A DNA stretch of 63,755 nucleotides, counting the filler, from an uncultured bacterium (lineage in GTDB: Bacteria; Hinthialibacterota; Hinthialibacteria; Hinthialibacterales; Hinthialibacteraceae), in the NCBI GenBank assembly GCA_964449065.1. It is 3 parts of 3 records of this genome, joined end to end, with 100 filler letters (N's around TTAATTAATTAA, not from the genome) between each part and the next. Parts side by side here need not be neighbours in the genome. Positions count along the whole stretch, not along the records: positions 1 to 21,829 come from CAYVAZ010000044.1; 2 more parts are not named here. The stretch is one strand, 5' to 3'. The position numbers were made by a program, and so were the translations under genes. Within the stretch, counting starts at the first letter, position 1. Each line of letters starts with the position of its first letter. Below are positions 9,149-19,354 of this stretch, piece after piece. The notes below the pieces were generated by a model. It made no database searches, was not told the DNA's origin, and saw nothing but the letters and a program-made list of their open reading frames with translations.

Positions 9149-10597
9149 TCATGAAGAGGCATGTGCTTCTTTGTTTCGGTGCGTTTTCAATAGATTGAAT
9201 GCCCGGTTGACCGCCGCGCGCAGATAGTTCAACAACACCGGCAGCGATCCAGCTTGCTTAAACGTTCTAAAAATATAATGCGGGCGCAAATACATGCTCC
9301 ACAGGGCCTTTTTGCGCCATTTTTCCAATTCTTCGGGAGAAAGAGTTTGCGTAGATACCGATCCAACCGCGTACCCACCGTTTTGGCGCCGTTCACGGCT
9401 GAAAAGCCCCTGCTCTTCCACCATTTGTTCCAGTTCCGTGCCGGGCAGTGGATACGCGATGTTAAAGTCAAAGAAATCCGGGTCCAATTCTTTCGCAAAG
9501 GCAATCAACTCTTGGATCGTCTCCTCCGTATCCCATGGGAAACCAAACACCAAAAAGGTATGCGACCGCACGCCATGCTCGCGGCAAAGGCGAATCGCCT
9601 CAAACGCCTGCTCTGCCGTCGCGCGCTTTTTAATCATCTCCAAGTGCTCATCGTTCCCGGTTTCTACTCCAAATCCAATCACCCAGCAGCCTGCCTTTTT
9701 CATCCAGTGCAAGCGCTCGGAATCGATGGTATCCACGCGGCTGTTGCATCCCCAGCGGATATCCAACCCGCGTTTGATGATTTCCTGACACAACTCGATC
9801 ACCCATTTCTTTTTGAGTGTAAAGGTATCGGCATGAAACAAAAATTCGCGTACACCAAGATGGTTCACACAGGATTCCAACTCATCCACTACCAACTTCG
9901 GGCTGCGGAAACGTACATTGGTTCCGGTTAAAGCGGGGACAGAACAATAGATGCACTTATGCGGGCAGCCCAGTGAAGTGACTACCGTCGTCAGGGGATT
10001 GCGTGTTTCCGGGCTGATATACATCCGATTGTTGATTAAATGCCGCGCGGGCATGGGGAGTTCATCCAGATCAAGAAAATTGGGACTGATCTCGTTGCGG
10101 ATGACCATTCCATTATGCTTGAAGGTTACGCCCGGCAATTCATGCCAGTCTTTTCCGTTCACCAAATCGGCGATATAGGCTTCCACTTCGCCACGCAGGA
10201 TAATATCCAGTTTGGGTAAATCGTTGATGAGTTCTTCATCCATATAATGGATAGGCTCACCTTTTGCCGCCACAATCGCGGATGGAAAATGCTCTTTAAT
10301 CGCCGCCACGGTCGACATATCGTGATCCAGGGTGGCAACCGTCGCGGTAAAGATCGCGTAATCGGGTTTGATTTCATGCAGGTCATCAATAAACGTCTGC
10401 CACGATGAACCTTGCACAGGGTAATCGCGAACCCATACCTTATGCCCCGCGCGTTCCAACACCGAGGCGCAATAGAGCAGTTCCATCGGCGGGAAGGCGA
10501 CGCTGACGGTTTGGTCTTCCACCCGGTTCTGACAGCGGTTATCCCGCCGGTACAACCCGGATGGGGGATTGAAAAGCAAAACGTTTTTCGACTGCAT
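9149..10597 (-). CDS. B12-binding radical SAM protein (class B methyltransferase/HpnJ-BchE-like)
   Basis: GCPHKCIYC cluster motif, N-terminal cobalamin-binding-type domain (PPMELLY, ILRGEVE), GVETG, PLPGT. Confidence 0.88.
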   Translation of the reverse strand: MQSKNVLLFNPPSGLYRRDNRCQNRVEDQTVSVAFPPMELLYCASVLERAGHKVWVRDYPVQGSSWQTFIDDLHEIKPDYAIFTATVATLDHDMSTVAAIKEHFPSAIVAAKGEPIHYMDEELINDLPKLDIILRGEVEAYIADLVNGKDWHELPGVTFKHNGMVIRNEISPNFLDLDELPMPARHLINNRMYISPETRNPLTTVVTSLGCPHKCIYCSVPALTGTNVRFRSPKLVVDELESCVNHLGVREFLFHADTFTLKKKWVIELCQEIIKRGLDIRWGCNSRVDTIDSERLHWMKKAGCWVIGFGVETGNDEHLEMIKKRATAEQAFEAIRLCREHGVRSHTFLVFGFPWDTEETIQELIAFAKELDPDFFDFNIAYPLPGTELEQMVEEQGLFSRERRQNGGYAVGSVSTQTLSPEELEKWRKKALWSMYLRPHYIFRTFKQAGSLPVLLNYLRAAVNRAFNLLKTHRNKEAHASS

Positions 10598-10620
10598 AAT
10601 TCCCTAGATTCACAAGGATT

Positions 10621-11949
10621 TTACTCTACATCTTCCGGAACCGCAGGAATGGCTTCATCAGCAGGCGGGGCCGCGGCTTCCTGCTGAGCCCGGTTTTCTA
10701 CCTGTTGAACATAGTATAACCACTGCTGCACCTGCTGTTGAACTTCAGGGATGTTGGAATGAGCCGACTTTACACGATCCAGTGCCTCTTTCGCTTTATC
10801 AAACTGCTCCATCTTGATATAGGCATCCGCAATGCCGAACATTGCGTTGAGCGGTCCTTGCCGCGAACTGGGTTCGCTGATCTCCTGCTCAAACTCAGCA
10901 ATCACCTTTTCCAAATACTCCTCCGCCATCTCCGGCGTTGAGTCCTCAACCAACTGCGCGATGCGGATCATCGCTTGCCGCCCCTCGGTGGTTTCGGGAT
11001 ACCCCTCCACCAAGCGCAGGTTCTCTTTCACCAATGCCGCGCGGTTTTCCGGAGAGTAATTTGTCTCGCCGGCCGCTTGCAGCAGGCGCTCTAAACTCTG
11101 AATTTTGAACGTAATCAAACGCGGCTTTACCGGATCCATTATCGCTGGGTTATTCAACAATTGGTCGTACGTTGTGGCGGCGCTAATGTAGTCACCCGCT
11201 TCCGCCCAGGTATGTGCCCAACCGATGGTGACATTTTGTTTCTCGTTTTCAATCCCGTAAATGCCGGTTACGCTGTTGATAATATCCAGTGTGCTTTTAT
11301 ACACATCACGCGCCTCTTCAAATTCCTGGCTGGCTTTCAAAATATCCGCTTTGCCCGGAACACCATCCGCGGCGTTGCCCACCATGGCTTCGAGTTTGAG
11401 ATAAAACGATTGGGTTGGGTCTTTTACCTGCTCTTCAGCGATTTGCACCATGGTATCGAACTGCTCGGCGGCGTCTTCTGTGCGTTTTTGCTGCGCGTAT
11501 GCCATTGCCAGCGATTGATGCGCGTTGTATTTCACTTCTGCCTCGGTGGCCGATTCGATAATCCCCTGGAAATGCTCTTCGGCGGCTTTGATATTGCCTT
11601 CTTCCATGTACGTCCGCCCGATCTGAAATTCGCATGTTAATGCGATTCGCGGATTTTCATCACCGTACTTCTTTTTCACCTCATAAAATACCGCGCGGGC
11701 ATTGCCGTAATCTTTCAGCATCATGTGGCAGTTTGCCAGATAGTTATATACCTGCATGGTGAGCTGATGCTCCGGGAATTTTTCTAAAAATTCTTCAAAA
11801 TACAGCGAGGCGCCGATGATATCACCCTCGCTCATCGCGCGTTCCGCCCGGCTGAATACTGCTTCGGGAGTATTTTGCGCACAACTGTACAGCATTAACG
11901 CTGATGTGATTACCGCAAATAGTTTCGGGATGATCCAATACGATTTCAT
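10621..11949 (-). CDS. TPR-repeat lipoprotein
   Basis: Signal ending LYSC; multiple TPR-like helical repeats (YLANCHMMLKDYGNA, IGRTYMEEGNIKAA, IADAYIKMEQFDKA). Confidence 0.8.
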   Translation of the reverse strand: MKSYWIIPKLFAVITSALMLYSCAQNTPEAVFSRAERAMSEGDIIGASLYFEEFLEKFPEHQLTMQVYNYLANCHMMLKDYGNARAVFYEVKKKYGDENPRIALTCEFQIGRTYMEEGNIKAAEEHFQGIIESATEAEVKYNAHQSLAMAYAQQKRTEDAAEQFDTMVQIAEEQVKDPTQSFYLKLEAMVGNAADGVPGKADILKASQEFEEARDVYKSTLDIINSVTGIYGIENEKQNVTIGWAHTWAEAGDYISAATTYDQLLNNPAIMDPVKPRLITFKIQSLERLLQAAGETNYSPENRAALVKENLRLVEGYPETTEGRQAMIRIAQLVEDSTPEMAEEYLEKVIAEFEQEISEPSSRQGPLNAMFGIADAYIKMEQFDKAKEALDRVKSAHSNIPEVQQQVQQWLYYVQQVENRAQQEAAAPPADEAIPAVPEDVE

Positions 11950-12432
11950 GCTTTCTTTCCTTCAAAATTAATACGATTACATTTTAAAAAGCCACAGAGG
12001 TGAACAGTATATCAGTTCAGCCGCTGGAATGCAAAGCAAGCGGAACGATCTCTCATTATGGATGAGACAACGCGAAAAGATAGGGAAAATCAACGCTGAA
12101 TTTGTGAAATGTTGTCTATTTGAGTGTGCGTGCGGATAATGCTTAAAGAATAGCACAGCCAACTTTTCGTATTGCTAAGATATTTGATGTAGCGCAGGCT
12201 TCCAACTTGCTTCTGAATCCCCCCGAAGTATTTGTGATCTGCACTCAAAACAAAGAAGTAATGAGAGGGAGAAAAGATAATAACAACCCCAGGAAGCAGA
12301 TCAAAAAGCGCCGGGTTGAGATAAAATAAACCGCAAGAAACTACAAATCAACCTTGGGTTACCGATTGGCCGCCAACGCCAAAACGGAAAAAATGAAGAA
12401 TTTCGTAACCCAAATGTTTTTTGTGGATGAAA

Positions 12433-12508
12433 TGGTGGGCCATATAGGAATCGAACCTATAACCTGCCGATTAAGAGTCGGATGCTCTACCAATTGAGCT
12501 AATGGCCC
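12433..12508 (-). tRNA. tRNA-Lys (anticodon CTT)
   Basis: Reverse complement GGGCCATTAGCTCAATTGGTAGAGCATCCGACTCTTAATCGGCAGGTTATAGGTTCGATTCCTATATGGCCCACCA: 76 nt, cloverleaf, encoded CCA. Confidence 0.97.
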
Positions 12509-12692
12509 TCACTTAAATCTATCAGAAAATTTACCTAATGGTAACACATAGCGCCAGTTATCGAAACGTTTTTGCAATACGGTTCGGGTATAAAAAAAAT
12601 CCATTGTAATGTAAGATTTAAAAAGCATGGAATCTAAATGGGTATTCGCAACCATCATTTCGTGCAAAAAATAGTAAAAGTCGATAAAAACC

Positions 12693-14192
12693 ATGCAAAG
12701 CATTCCAAGAAGACACTTTCTACAATCCTCCGCGGCCGCGACCGTTTCCGCCCTTTGTCATCCTCTGGTATCTCATACGGCGGCAAACGCAAATTCATCG
12801 CCGCGGAACGTTGTCTTTGTTTTAAGCGATGATCACCGCTACGATTTCATGAGTTTTATGGATGGGTCACCTACGTATCTGCAAACCCCAAATATGGACC
12901 GGATGGCTAAGCAGGGCGTGCATCTTAAAAACGCGTTCGTCAGCACTTCGTTGTGCTCGCCCAGCCGTGCAACCATCTTAACCGGGCAATACATGCACCG
13001 CCACCGCGTGGTCGACAATCAGCGTCCCGTGCCGGAAGGGACAACATTTTTTCCGCAATATATGCAGGACGCCGGATACCAAACCGCGTTTGTCGGCAAG
13101 TGGCACATGGGACACGAAGAAGACCATCCCCGGCCGGGATTTGACCATTGGGTCAGTTTTAAAGGACAGGGAACCTATTTTAATCCAACGCTCAACTTAA
13201 ATGGAACGCGCCGGGATTTTACCGGTTACACGACTGATATATTGACGGATCAAGCATTGGAATGGCTTGCGCGGAAACGGGATGCGGAAAAACCGTTCTT
13301 CCTGTATTTATCCTTTAAAGCAGTTCATTACCCGTTTCAACCGGCTCCACGCCATAGCGAACGCTACGAAGAAGAACGCGTAAAGCGTCCTGACACCATG
13401 GCCAACACCGAACGCAACTACAAAACCCAGCCGAACTGGGTGCGCGAACGGCGCTATAGCATTCACGGTATTGACCACATGGAGACCACGCCTTACGATA
13501 ACGATCCGGTGCCGGACTACGAAGCCTTCTATAAAAATTATTGTGAAACCGTCCACGGACTGGATGAAAATCTGGGGCGTGTATTGGATTATCTTGACGA
13601 AAGCGGATTAAGTGATTCCACTCTGGTGGTGTACATGGGAGACAACGGTTTCGCGCATGGAGAGCATGGCTTTTACGATAAACGCGACGCGTTTGAAGAA
13701 TCGATCCGTGTGCCGATGCTGGCATACGCGCCGGGATTGCTGGAACCCAATACCGTGGTGGAAGAGATGGTCCAGAATATCGACATCGCTCCTACCCTTT
13801 TGGATGCAGCCGGTATCGGCATTCCGCAATCGGCAAACATGAACGGCATGTCGTTCCTGCCTTTGCTGCATGGAGAATCCATTCCCTGGCGGGATCATAT
13901 TTTGTATGAATATCATTGGGAATGGAACTTCCCTGCCACCCCAACAACCTTTGCTTTACGAGAGGACCGCTACAAATACATCTACTACCACGGAATCTGG
14001 GATCGTGACGGATTTTATGATTTGGAAACCGATCCGTTGGAACGGCATAATTTGATCCATGTTCCAGCCTATCAAGACCGCATTGAATCGATGAAAACGC
14101 GGTTGTTCGATGAGTTGAAGAAAAGCGGCGGGTTAACTATCCCCATTCGCAGACCAAAAGGCGAACGCTTGGATCAACGCAAAAACAAATGA
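12693..14192 (+). CDS. Sulfatase (N-acetylglucosamine-6-sulfatase-like), Tat-exported
   Basis: RRHFL Tat motif; SDDHR, LCSPSR, GKWHMG, GDNGF..GEHG..DKR. Confidence 0.93.
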   Translation: MQSIPRRHFLQSSAAATVSALCHPLVSHTAANANSSPRNVVFVLSDDHRYDFMSFMDGSPTYLQTPNMDRMAKQGVHLKNAFVSTSLCSPSRATILTGQYMHRHRVVDNQRPVPEGTTFFPQYMQDAGYQTAFVGKWHMGHEEDHPRPGFDHWVSFKGQGTYFNPTLNLNGTRRDFTGYTTDILTDQALEWLARKRDAEKPFFLYLSFKAVHYPFQPAPRHSERYEEERVKRPDTMANTERNYKTQPNWVRERRYSIHGIDHMETTPYDNDPVPDYEAFYKNYCETVHGLDENLGRVLDYLDESGLSDSTLVVYMGDNGFAHGEHGFYDKRDAFEESIRVPMLAYAPGLLEPNTVVEEMVQNIDIAPTLLDAAGIGIPQSANMNGMSFLPLLHGESIPWRDHILYEYHWEWNFPATPTTFALREDRYKYIYYHGIWDRDGFYDLETDPLERHNLIHVPAYQDRIESMKTRLFDELKKSGGLTIPIRRPKGERLDQRKNK

Positions 14193-14236
14193 ATGGTATC
14201 ATTCACTGAACCCATTCCAGCAAAAAGGAAATCACC

Positions 14237-15535
14237 ATGCAGAAAAGTAAATCTCGCAGACAGTTTATCAAAACAGGCGGAACGGCTTTGTTGTCGTTAT
14301 CCGCGTTGCAATACAAATCTGTTCTTGCGAACAGCCCCAATGAACGAATTCACGTCGGATTCATCGGTGTGGGCGGCATGGGCACGAGCCGCCTGAAAGG
14401 CTTCATTCGCGAAACCGATGTCGTAGCTCATTCCATCTGCGATGTCGATCAAAAACGCCTTGAAAAAGCCGTGGAAGAAGTAAACAAACGCAAAGAACAC
14501 AAACCAAAATCCTTTGGCGATTTCCGCAACCTGTTGGACGAAAAGGATATAGATGCCGTGATGATTGCCACGCCCGATCATTGGCATGCCATGCCGTTCG
14601 TACAGGCCTGCGAAGCCGGGAAAGACGCCTTTGTTGAAAAGCCGTTAAGTTACTCGGTCGGCGAAGGGCGCAAAATGGTTGAAGCGGCAGCCAAAAATAA
14701 ACGGGTTTCTCAAATGGGCATCCACATCCACAACGAACATGACAATTACCGCCGGGTGGTTGAAATGGTGCGTTCCGGAAACTTAGGCACCATCACCAAA
14801 TTGGAATTGTGGAAATCTTCGTACCTGGAAGGGTTCAGCTCTCCCGAAGACACCGAGCCGCCCGCGCACTTGGATTATGACTTTTGGCTGGGGCCGGCCC
14901 CGAAACGCCCCTACAATCCCAACCGGTCGCATTTTAATTTCCGCTATTTTTGGGATTATTCCGGCGGGCGTTTTATCGACTTTTGGTGCCATATTACCGA
15001 TGCCGCCTATTGGGCAATGGATTTAAAGGCGCCTCTGAGTGTTTCCGCAACCGGCGGCAAGTTTTATGTGGAGGATAACACTGAGACTCCGGATCAACTC
15101 GATGTTCTCTATCGCTATCCGAATAACTTGACCATGACATGGGCTGTTCACCCAAAAGGACACCCGGCGTATGAAGATGAATTCGGCGGTATCGGGTGTA
15201 TTTTCCACGGCACCCAGGGCACATTGGTCACCAACTACGAAAAACATAAAATCTATGTGGATGGTGTAGAAGCCAAAGAATTCCCGACTCCAGCAGAATC
15301 GATCCCCAATTCACCCGGGCATATTCGCGAGTTTTTGGACTGCATCAAATCGCGTGAACTGCCCACTTGCAATGTGGATTATGGCCACCGCTTGACCAAA
15401 GGTGGGCTGCTGGGCAATATCGCGTTTCGAAGCGGAATAACTATTGCGTTTGATGATGAAAAAGAAACAATCACGAACAGCCGTAAAGCCAATGACATGA
15501 TCATGCGTAAATACCGCAGACCGTGGAATCTATAA
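14237..15535 (+). CDS. Gfo/Idh/MocA oxidoreductase, Tat-exported
   Basis: SRRQFIK, IGVGGMG, ATPDHWH, EKP, WLGPAP. Confidence 0.93.
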   Translation: MQKSKSRRQFIKTGGTALLSLSALQYKSVLANSPNERIHVGFIGVGGMGTSRLKGFIRETDVVAHSICDVDQKRLEKAVEEVNKRKEHKPKSFGDFRNLLDEKDIDAVMIATPDHWHAMPFVQACEAGKDAFVEKPLSYSVGEGRKMVEAAAKNKRVSQMGIHIHNEHDNYRRVVEMVRSGNLGTITKLELWKSSYLEGFSSPEDTEPPAHLDYDFWLGPAPKRPYNPNRSHFNFRYFWDYSGGRFIDFWCHITDAAYWAMDLKAPLSVSATGGKFYVEDNTETPDQLDVLYRYPNNLTMTWAVHPKGHPAYEDEFGGIGCIFHGTQGTLVTNYEKHKIYVDGVEAKEFPTPAESIPNSPGHIREFLDCIKSRELPTCNVDYGHRLTKGGLLGNIAFRSGITIAFDDEKETITNSRKANDMIMRKYRRPWNL

Positions 15536-15553
15536 CAGCATTCACAATATACA

Positions 15554-15714
15554 ATACCAAGCTGCATATAAAAAGTGAGTGATCGTATACGCAAGCCTAC
15601 GGGATAATGAAACTGTAGCGTGAAATTGTAGGGTGGACTCCAAGCAAAGCGTAGCCCACCATGGCCATTTCTGTTCACTCGATTTAAACCAACATTCTTA
15701 TGGCAACTTGGTAT
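15554..15714. mobile_element. MITE-like element with ATACCAAG[C/T]TGC TIRs enclosing a GTAGGGTGG...CCCACC REP-like hairpin
   Basis: Left ATACCAAGCTGC (15554), right GCAACTTGGTAT (15703-15714); single copy in this window. Confidence 0.55.
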
Positions 15715-15809
15715 AACTTCGGCCGTCTGCGATGAACATGTTGATAAGTGGATGTTCGAGAAAATGCTTCCACAAGTTTGCTGATCATTCCCTAAAAAAA
15801 ATTGGCGAA

Positions 15810-16577
15810 CTAATTAAATGAAGGAAGTATCCCTAGAAGTTTCAGGGCCATGATGCTTGCAGTGATGATGAGAATCCAACGGATAAGAGTCTCGCCGTGT
15901 TTGTGTGCCAAGGCGGTCCCGAGGTAACCACCGATTCCGTTGCCGAGTGAAAGATAAAGAGCAAACCACCAGTTGATTTCATCGTTGACGATAAAGACCA
16001 ATACGGCGAATGTTGTGTATACCGCGACAGTAAAGACTTTTGCCGCGGCGGTAGTAACAAGATCAAAGCGGCAGATAGTGGCAAAAGCCGCCATGAGCAA
16101 ATAACCGACCCCGGCTTGAATAAATCCCCCATAAAAGCCGATAGCAAGGAAAACCGGGCTGGCGAGCCAGTAATTAATTGCATAATTTGCGGAAGCATCA
16201 GGTTTTACCCTGGGTTTCCATACAATAAGCCCAACAACAAGCAATATCACGATGGCAAGGATCGTTTGAAACCACGCATCGGGGATTTCAACGGAGAATT
16301 GCGCGCCGGCAATGGCACCGATGACGGCAGGGATAGAAAGCCAGAGGCAGGTTTTGAAGTTGCTGATGCCTTTTTGTTTGAAGCCCCACACGGCAGAGAC
16401 GCATTGAATCCAGATCGCAATGCGGTTGGTGCCATTGGCAACGCTGGCGGGCAAGCCGAGGAAAATCATGACGGGTAACGTGAGTAGGGAGCCTCCACCG
16501 GCAAGGGTGTTGACCACACCGGCAAACAGGCCGACGGCGAAGATAATACAATAGGCAGTGATGGAAGTATCGGGCAT
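15810..16577 (-). CDS. Sulfite exporter TauE/SafE (TSUP) family membrane protein
   Basis: AGVVNTLAGGGSLLTLP, ANGTNR, GFYGGFIQAGVG; about 8 TM helices. Confidence 0.9.
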   Translation of the reverse strand: MPDTSITAYCIIFAVGLFAGVVNTLAGGGSLLTLPVMIFLGLPASVANGTNRIAIWIQCVSAVWGFKQKGISNFKTCLWLSIPAVIGAIAGAQFSVEIPDAWFQTILAIVILLVVGLIVWKPRVKPDASANYAINYWLASPVFLAIGFYGGFIQAGVGYLLMAAFATICRFDLVTTAAAKVFTVAVYTTFAVLVFIVNDEINWWFALYLSLGNGIGGYLGTALAHKHGETLIRWILIITASIMALKLLGILPSFN

Positions 16578-16579
16578 AG

Positions 16580-16752
16580 TAGTTCATCAAGGCTGTTATG
16601 ATGGGTGAAAACTTACCCATCCAAATGAAATAAGTGGTTTCAGCCGGAGGCTCCGGGGGATTTTGCGTCGTTGGAAGCGTGCTTCGATCCCCCCTTCACC
16701 CCCCTTAACAAGGGGGGTATGCACTTACCACAATTTCATTGTTGATAGACTA
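16580..16752. mobile_element. MITE copy (B-type left end and core, internally shortened)
   Basis: CATCAAGGCTG..ATGATGGGTGAA..TTACCCATCC and GGCTCCGGGGGATTT..GTGCTTCGATCCCC match 5458-5640. Confidence 0.7.
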
Positions 16753-17100
16753 ATAGGCTATTTTATAGTTTATGAGAGCAATTCAAGGTTGCTTGGGTGT
16801 AAAAAGTTTAAAGGGGCAGCCGTATAGACACGCTGCAACATGCCCTCATCCACTTTTCCCTATCATTTTAAAGTTAATAGAATTGGGGGCAGAGTGACCG
16901 AAGCGAATGCTGCCCCATGGTACGTACGAATCCCCGTTAACCCAAAACGCTCAGAATTCATTTCGTGCGGCTGCACCGCGGCACGGCTCAATACCTCTCT
17001 TAATTGTATCGATACCACCGGTCCTGTAGAGGGAAGAATTTTATGCAAGAATGACAGTCCTTCTTTCAAATCATCCACTCTCCTTTACACTATCCTTATC

Positions 17101-18432
17101 ATGAACATTCAGCCCGAAATCAAAAGGCAATTGCTCCACATAAGCGTTGTCGTCTTCGCTTTGCTGCTGCGTTTTTTAAGCGCGCCTTGGGCCTTTATGG
17201 TGGCGATGCTTGCCTTCGTGCACAATGTGCTGATTTTGCCCAAGTATGCCCCGCGGGTTTTTCGCGAACGCGAACATCTGCTGCAAGGGATTTCCGTCTA
17301 TCCGTTAGTGGTTGCCTTGTTGATTCTCATCTTTTCCGACCAACTGATTCTGGCCGGTGGCGCGTGGGCCATTCTTTCCTTCGGTGACGGCTTTTCAACC
17401 ATCATCGGCAAATGGAATCCGGTCGCGAACATTCCATGGAATCCGGATAAGTCACTTGGCGGCTTCTTAGGCTTTCTCGTGTTTGGCACCATCGGCGCAT
17501 TTCTAATCATGGCGTTCATCGGCCCCTTCCCCACCTGGGGACATCTCCTGCTTGCGGCCTTTGGCGCTTCTTTATTGGCCGCGTTATTTGAAACATTGCC
17601 CTTACCCTGGGATGACAACATCGTGGTCTCTCTGGCAGCCGCGGCCGCGCTCACTGCCTTATGGGGTATTGATCTATCCCCCGCTTTGCCCAATATAGGT
17701 TGGATGACTCTGCTCACCGCCTTTGGGTCAAACCTCATCATCGCCTCTATCGCCTGGTGTTTCGGATTGGTGTCCAAAACCGGTGCCCTCGGCGGCGGCA
17801 TCATCGGTATGGTCATCTGGGGCGTGGGCGGCCTTTTCTGGTACCTGCTCTTGATTCTCTTTTTTATCATCGCAACCGCCGCTACCCGCCTGGGGTATCA
17901 CGAAAAAGATTACATGGGCGTCGCCCAAGAAAGCGAAGGCAAACGCGATGCCAAACACGCCCTCGCCAACTGTCTCGCATCCATACTCGCTGTAATCGGT
18001 TTTGGCTTCACCGAAGGGATGGATATCCTCTTCCAGATTTTCTTTACCGCCGCCTTCGCCACCGCCCTTGCGGATACCGTCGCCACAGAACTGGGACAAC
18101 TCTACGGCAAAACCCCCTTTCTCCCAACGACTTTCCGGGCCGTAAAACCCGGCACAGTCGGGGCCATTTCCATGGAAGGCACCCTGTTTGGTATGGGGGC
18201 TTCTCTCATCTATGCCATCGTGGCATTTGCCTTTACCGTGATTCCCCTCAACGGCATCCCCGCTGTTGCGCTAGGGGCCTGGGGCGGCAGTTTTCTGGAA
18301 TCCTACATCGGCAGCCGGTGGACGGAAGAAGGTGTCGAAATTAGCAATGAATGGATGAACTTGCTTAACACCACGCTGGGCGGTAGCTTAGCCATTATCA
18401 TTTTGACGATCACAGGTGGGGCCGGTGGCTGA
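17101..18432 (+). CDS. Fusion of a dolichol/phytol kinase-like domain and a DUF92 (TMEM19/VTE6-like) domain
   Basis: N-half RQLLH, SFGDGFSTIIG, KSLGG, WDDN; C-half ALAN, LADTVATELG, PGTVGAISMEGT, ESYIG, NEWMN. Likely start is ATG 17101 (MNIQPEIK). Confidence 0.8.
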   Translation: MNIQPEIKRQLLHISVVVFALLLRFLSAPWAFMVAMLAFVHNVLILPKYAPRVFREREHLLQGISVYPLVVALLILIFSDQLILAGGAWAILSFGDGFSTIIGKWNPVANIPWNPDKSLGGFLGFLVFGTIGAFLIMAFIGPFPTWGHLLLAAFGASLLAALFETLPLPWDDNIVVSLAAAAALTALWGIDLSPALPNIGWMTLLTAFGSNLIIASIAWCFGLVSKTGALGGGIIGMVIWGVGGLFWYLLLILFFIIATAATRLGYHEKDYMGVAQESEGKRDAKHALANCLASILAVIGFGFTEGMDILFQIFFTAAFATALADTVATELGQLYGKTPFLPTTFRAVKPGTVGAISMEGTLFGMGASLIYAIVAFAFTVIPLNGIPAVALGAWGGSFLESYIGSRWTEEGVEISNEWMNLLNTTLGGSLAIIILTITGGAGG

Positions 18433-19177
18433 TCAAACCAATCTACTTTACAAAATTCAAAAAGCCAAAGAACTTGTCCACAACGCCAAACGTGTGTTTG
18501 TTCTAACCGGCGCGGGCATCTCGGCCGAAAGCGGTGTCCCCACCTTCCGCGATGCCGCCGGGCATTGGAAAAACATAAACCCCGAACAGGTCGCGACCCG
18601 GCAAGCGTTTGACCGCGACCCGAAGTTTGTCTGGGAATGGTATGATTCCCGCCGCCTCCAATTGCAGGATATCAAACCCAATCCCGCCCACTACAGCCTG
18701 GCAAAGTTGGAACAACAGAAAGATGCGTTCTATCTCCTCACCCAAAATGTCGAAGATTTGCACGAACAGGCCGGCTCCAAACGCGTCGGCCATATTCACG
18801 GCAGCATTTGGGAACTAAAATGTACCCAAGAGGGAACCGTGCGCCACGACCGCACCGCGCCGATGGAAGACCTGCCTCCGCGCTGCAAAATCTGCGGAGC
18901 GTTGGAGCGCCCGAATGTGGTCTGGTTCGGCGAAAGGATCCGCGAAGACGTGATCGCGGAAACAGAGCGCTTCTTGTCGCAGGGGGAGATGGATGTCGTC
19001 ATGGTGATCGGTACCGGGGCCATCTTCGACTATATTCCCGAATGGGCCAACCGGGCGCGAGGTGCCAGGGGTACGCTGATCGAAATCAATCCCTCCGAAA
19101 CCGAACTCTATGGTGTGGATATCGCCCTAAGAGGCAATGCGGGAGAAATTTTACCGGCTTTGGTAGAACCACAATAA
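18416..19177 (+). CDS. cobB: NAD-dependent protein deacylase (sirtuin)
   Basis: LTGAGISAESGVPTFR, TQNVEDLH, HGS, RPNVVWFGE. Confidence 0.92.
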   Translation: MGPVADQTNLLYKIQKAKELVHNAKRVFVLTGAGISAESGVPTFRDAAGHWKNINPEQVATRQAFDRDPKFVWEWYDSRRLQLQDIKPNPAHYSLAKLEQQKDAFYLLTQNVEDLHEQAGSKRVGHIHGSIWELKCTQEGTVRHDRTAPMEDLPPRCKICGALERPNVVWFGERIREDVIAETERFLSQGEMDVVMVIGTGAIFDYIPEWANRARGARGTLIEINPSETELYGVDIALRGNAGEILPALVEPQ

Positions 19178-19180
19178 ATA

Positions 19181-19277
19181 ACTGATGTTACGCATTAACT
19201 AAGGTAGACGCAGAATCTTTATCATTCGCTATATTTATCGCCCTCGCCCCCTAGAAGAGGGATGGGATGAGGGTTCA
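19181..19277. repeat. Left end of a MITE family E copy with a degenerate CCCTC..GAGGG palindrome
   Basis: ACTGATGTTACGCA matches the TIR of the element at 46292-46563. Confidence 0.55.
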
Positions 19278-19354
19278 TAGACGCAGCGACTCAAAATTAT
19301 TGTCAACCATTCTGTTCGAAATTTATTTTAGATCAAACACCAACGGTAAAAAAA

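Noticed and set aside
12284..12412. Inverted repeats downstream of tRNA-Lys as a possible ncRNA
   Set aside because: Short stems only (TTGGGTTAC/GTAACCCAA) with no recognisable RNA family features.
12433..12508. tRNA-Lys as an island integration site
   Set aside because: No integrase and no duplicated tRNA 3' end found in the window.
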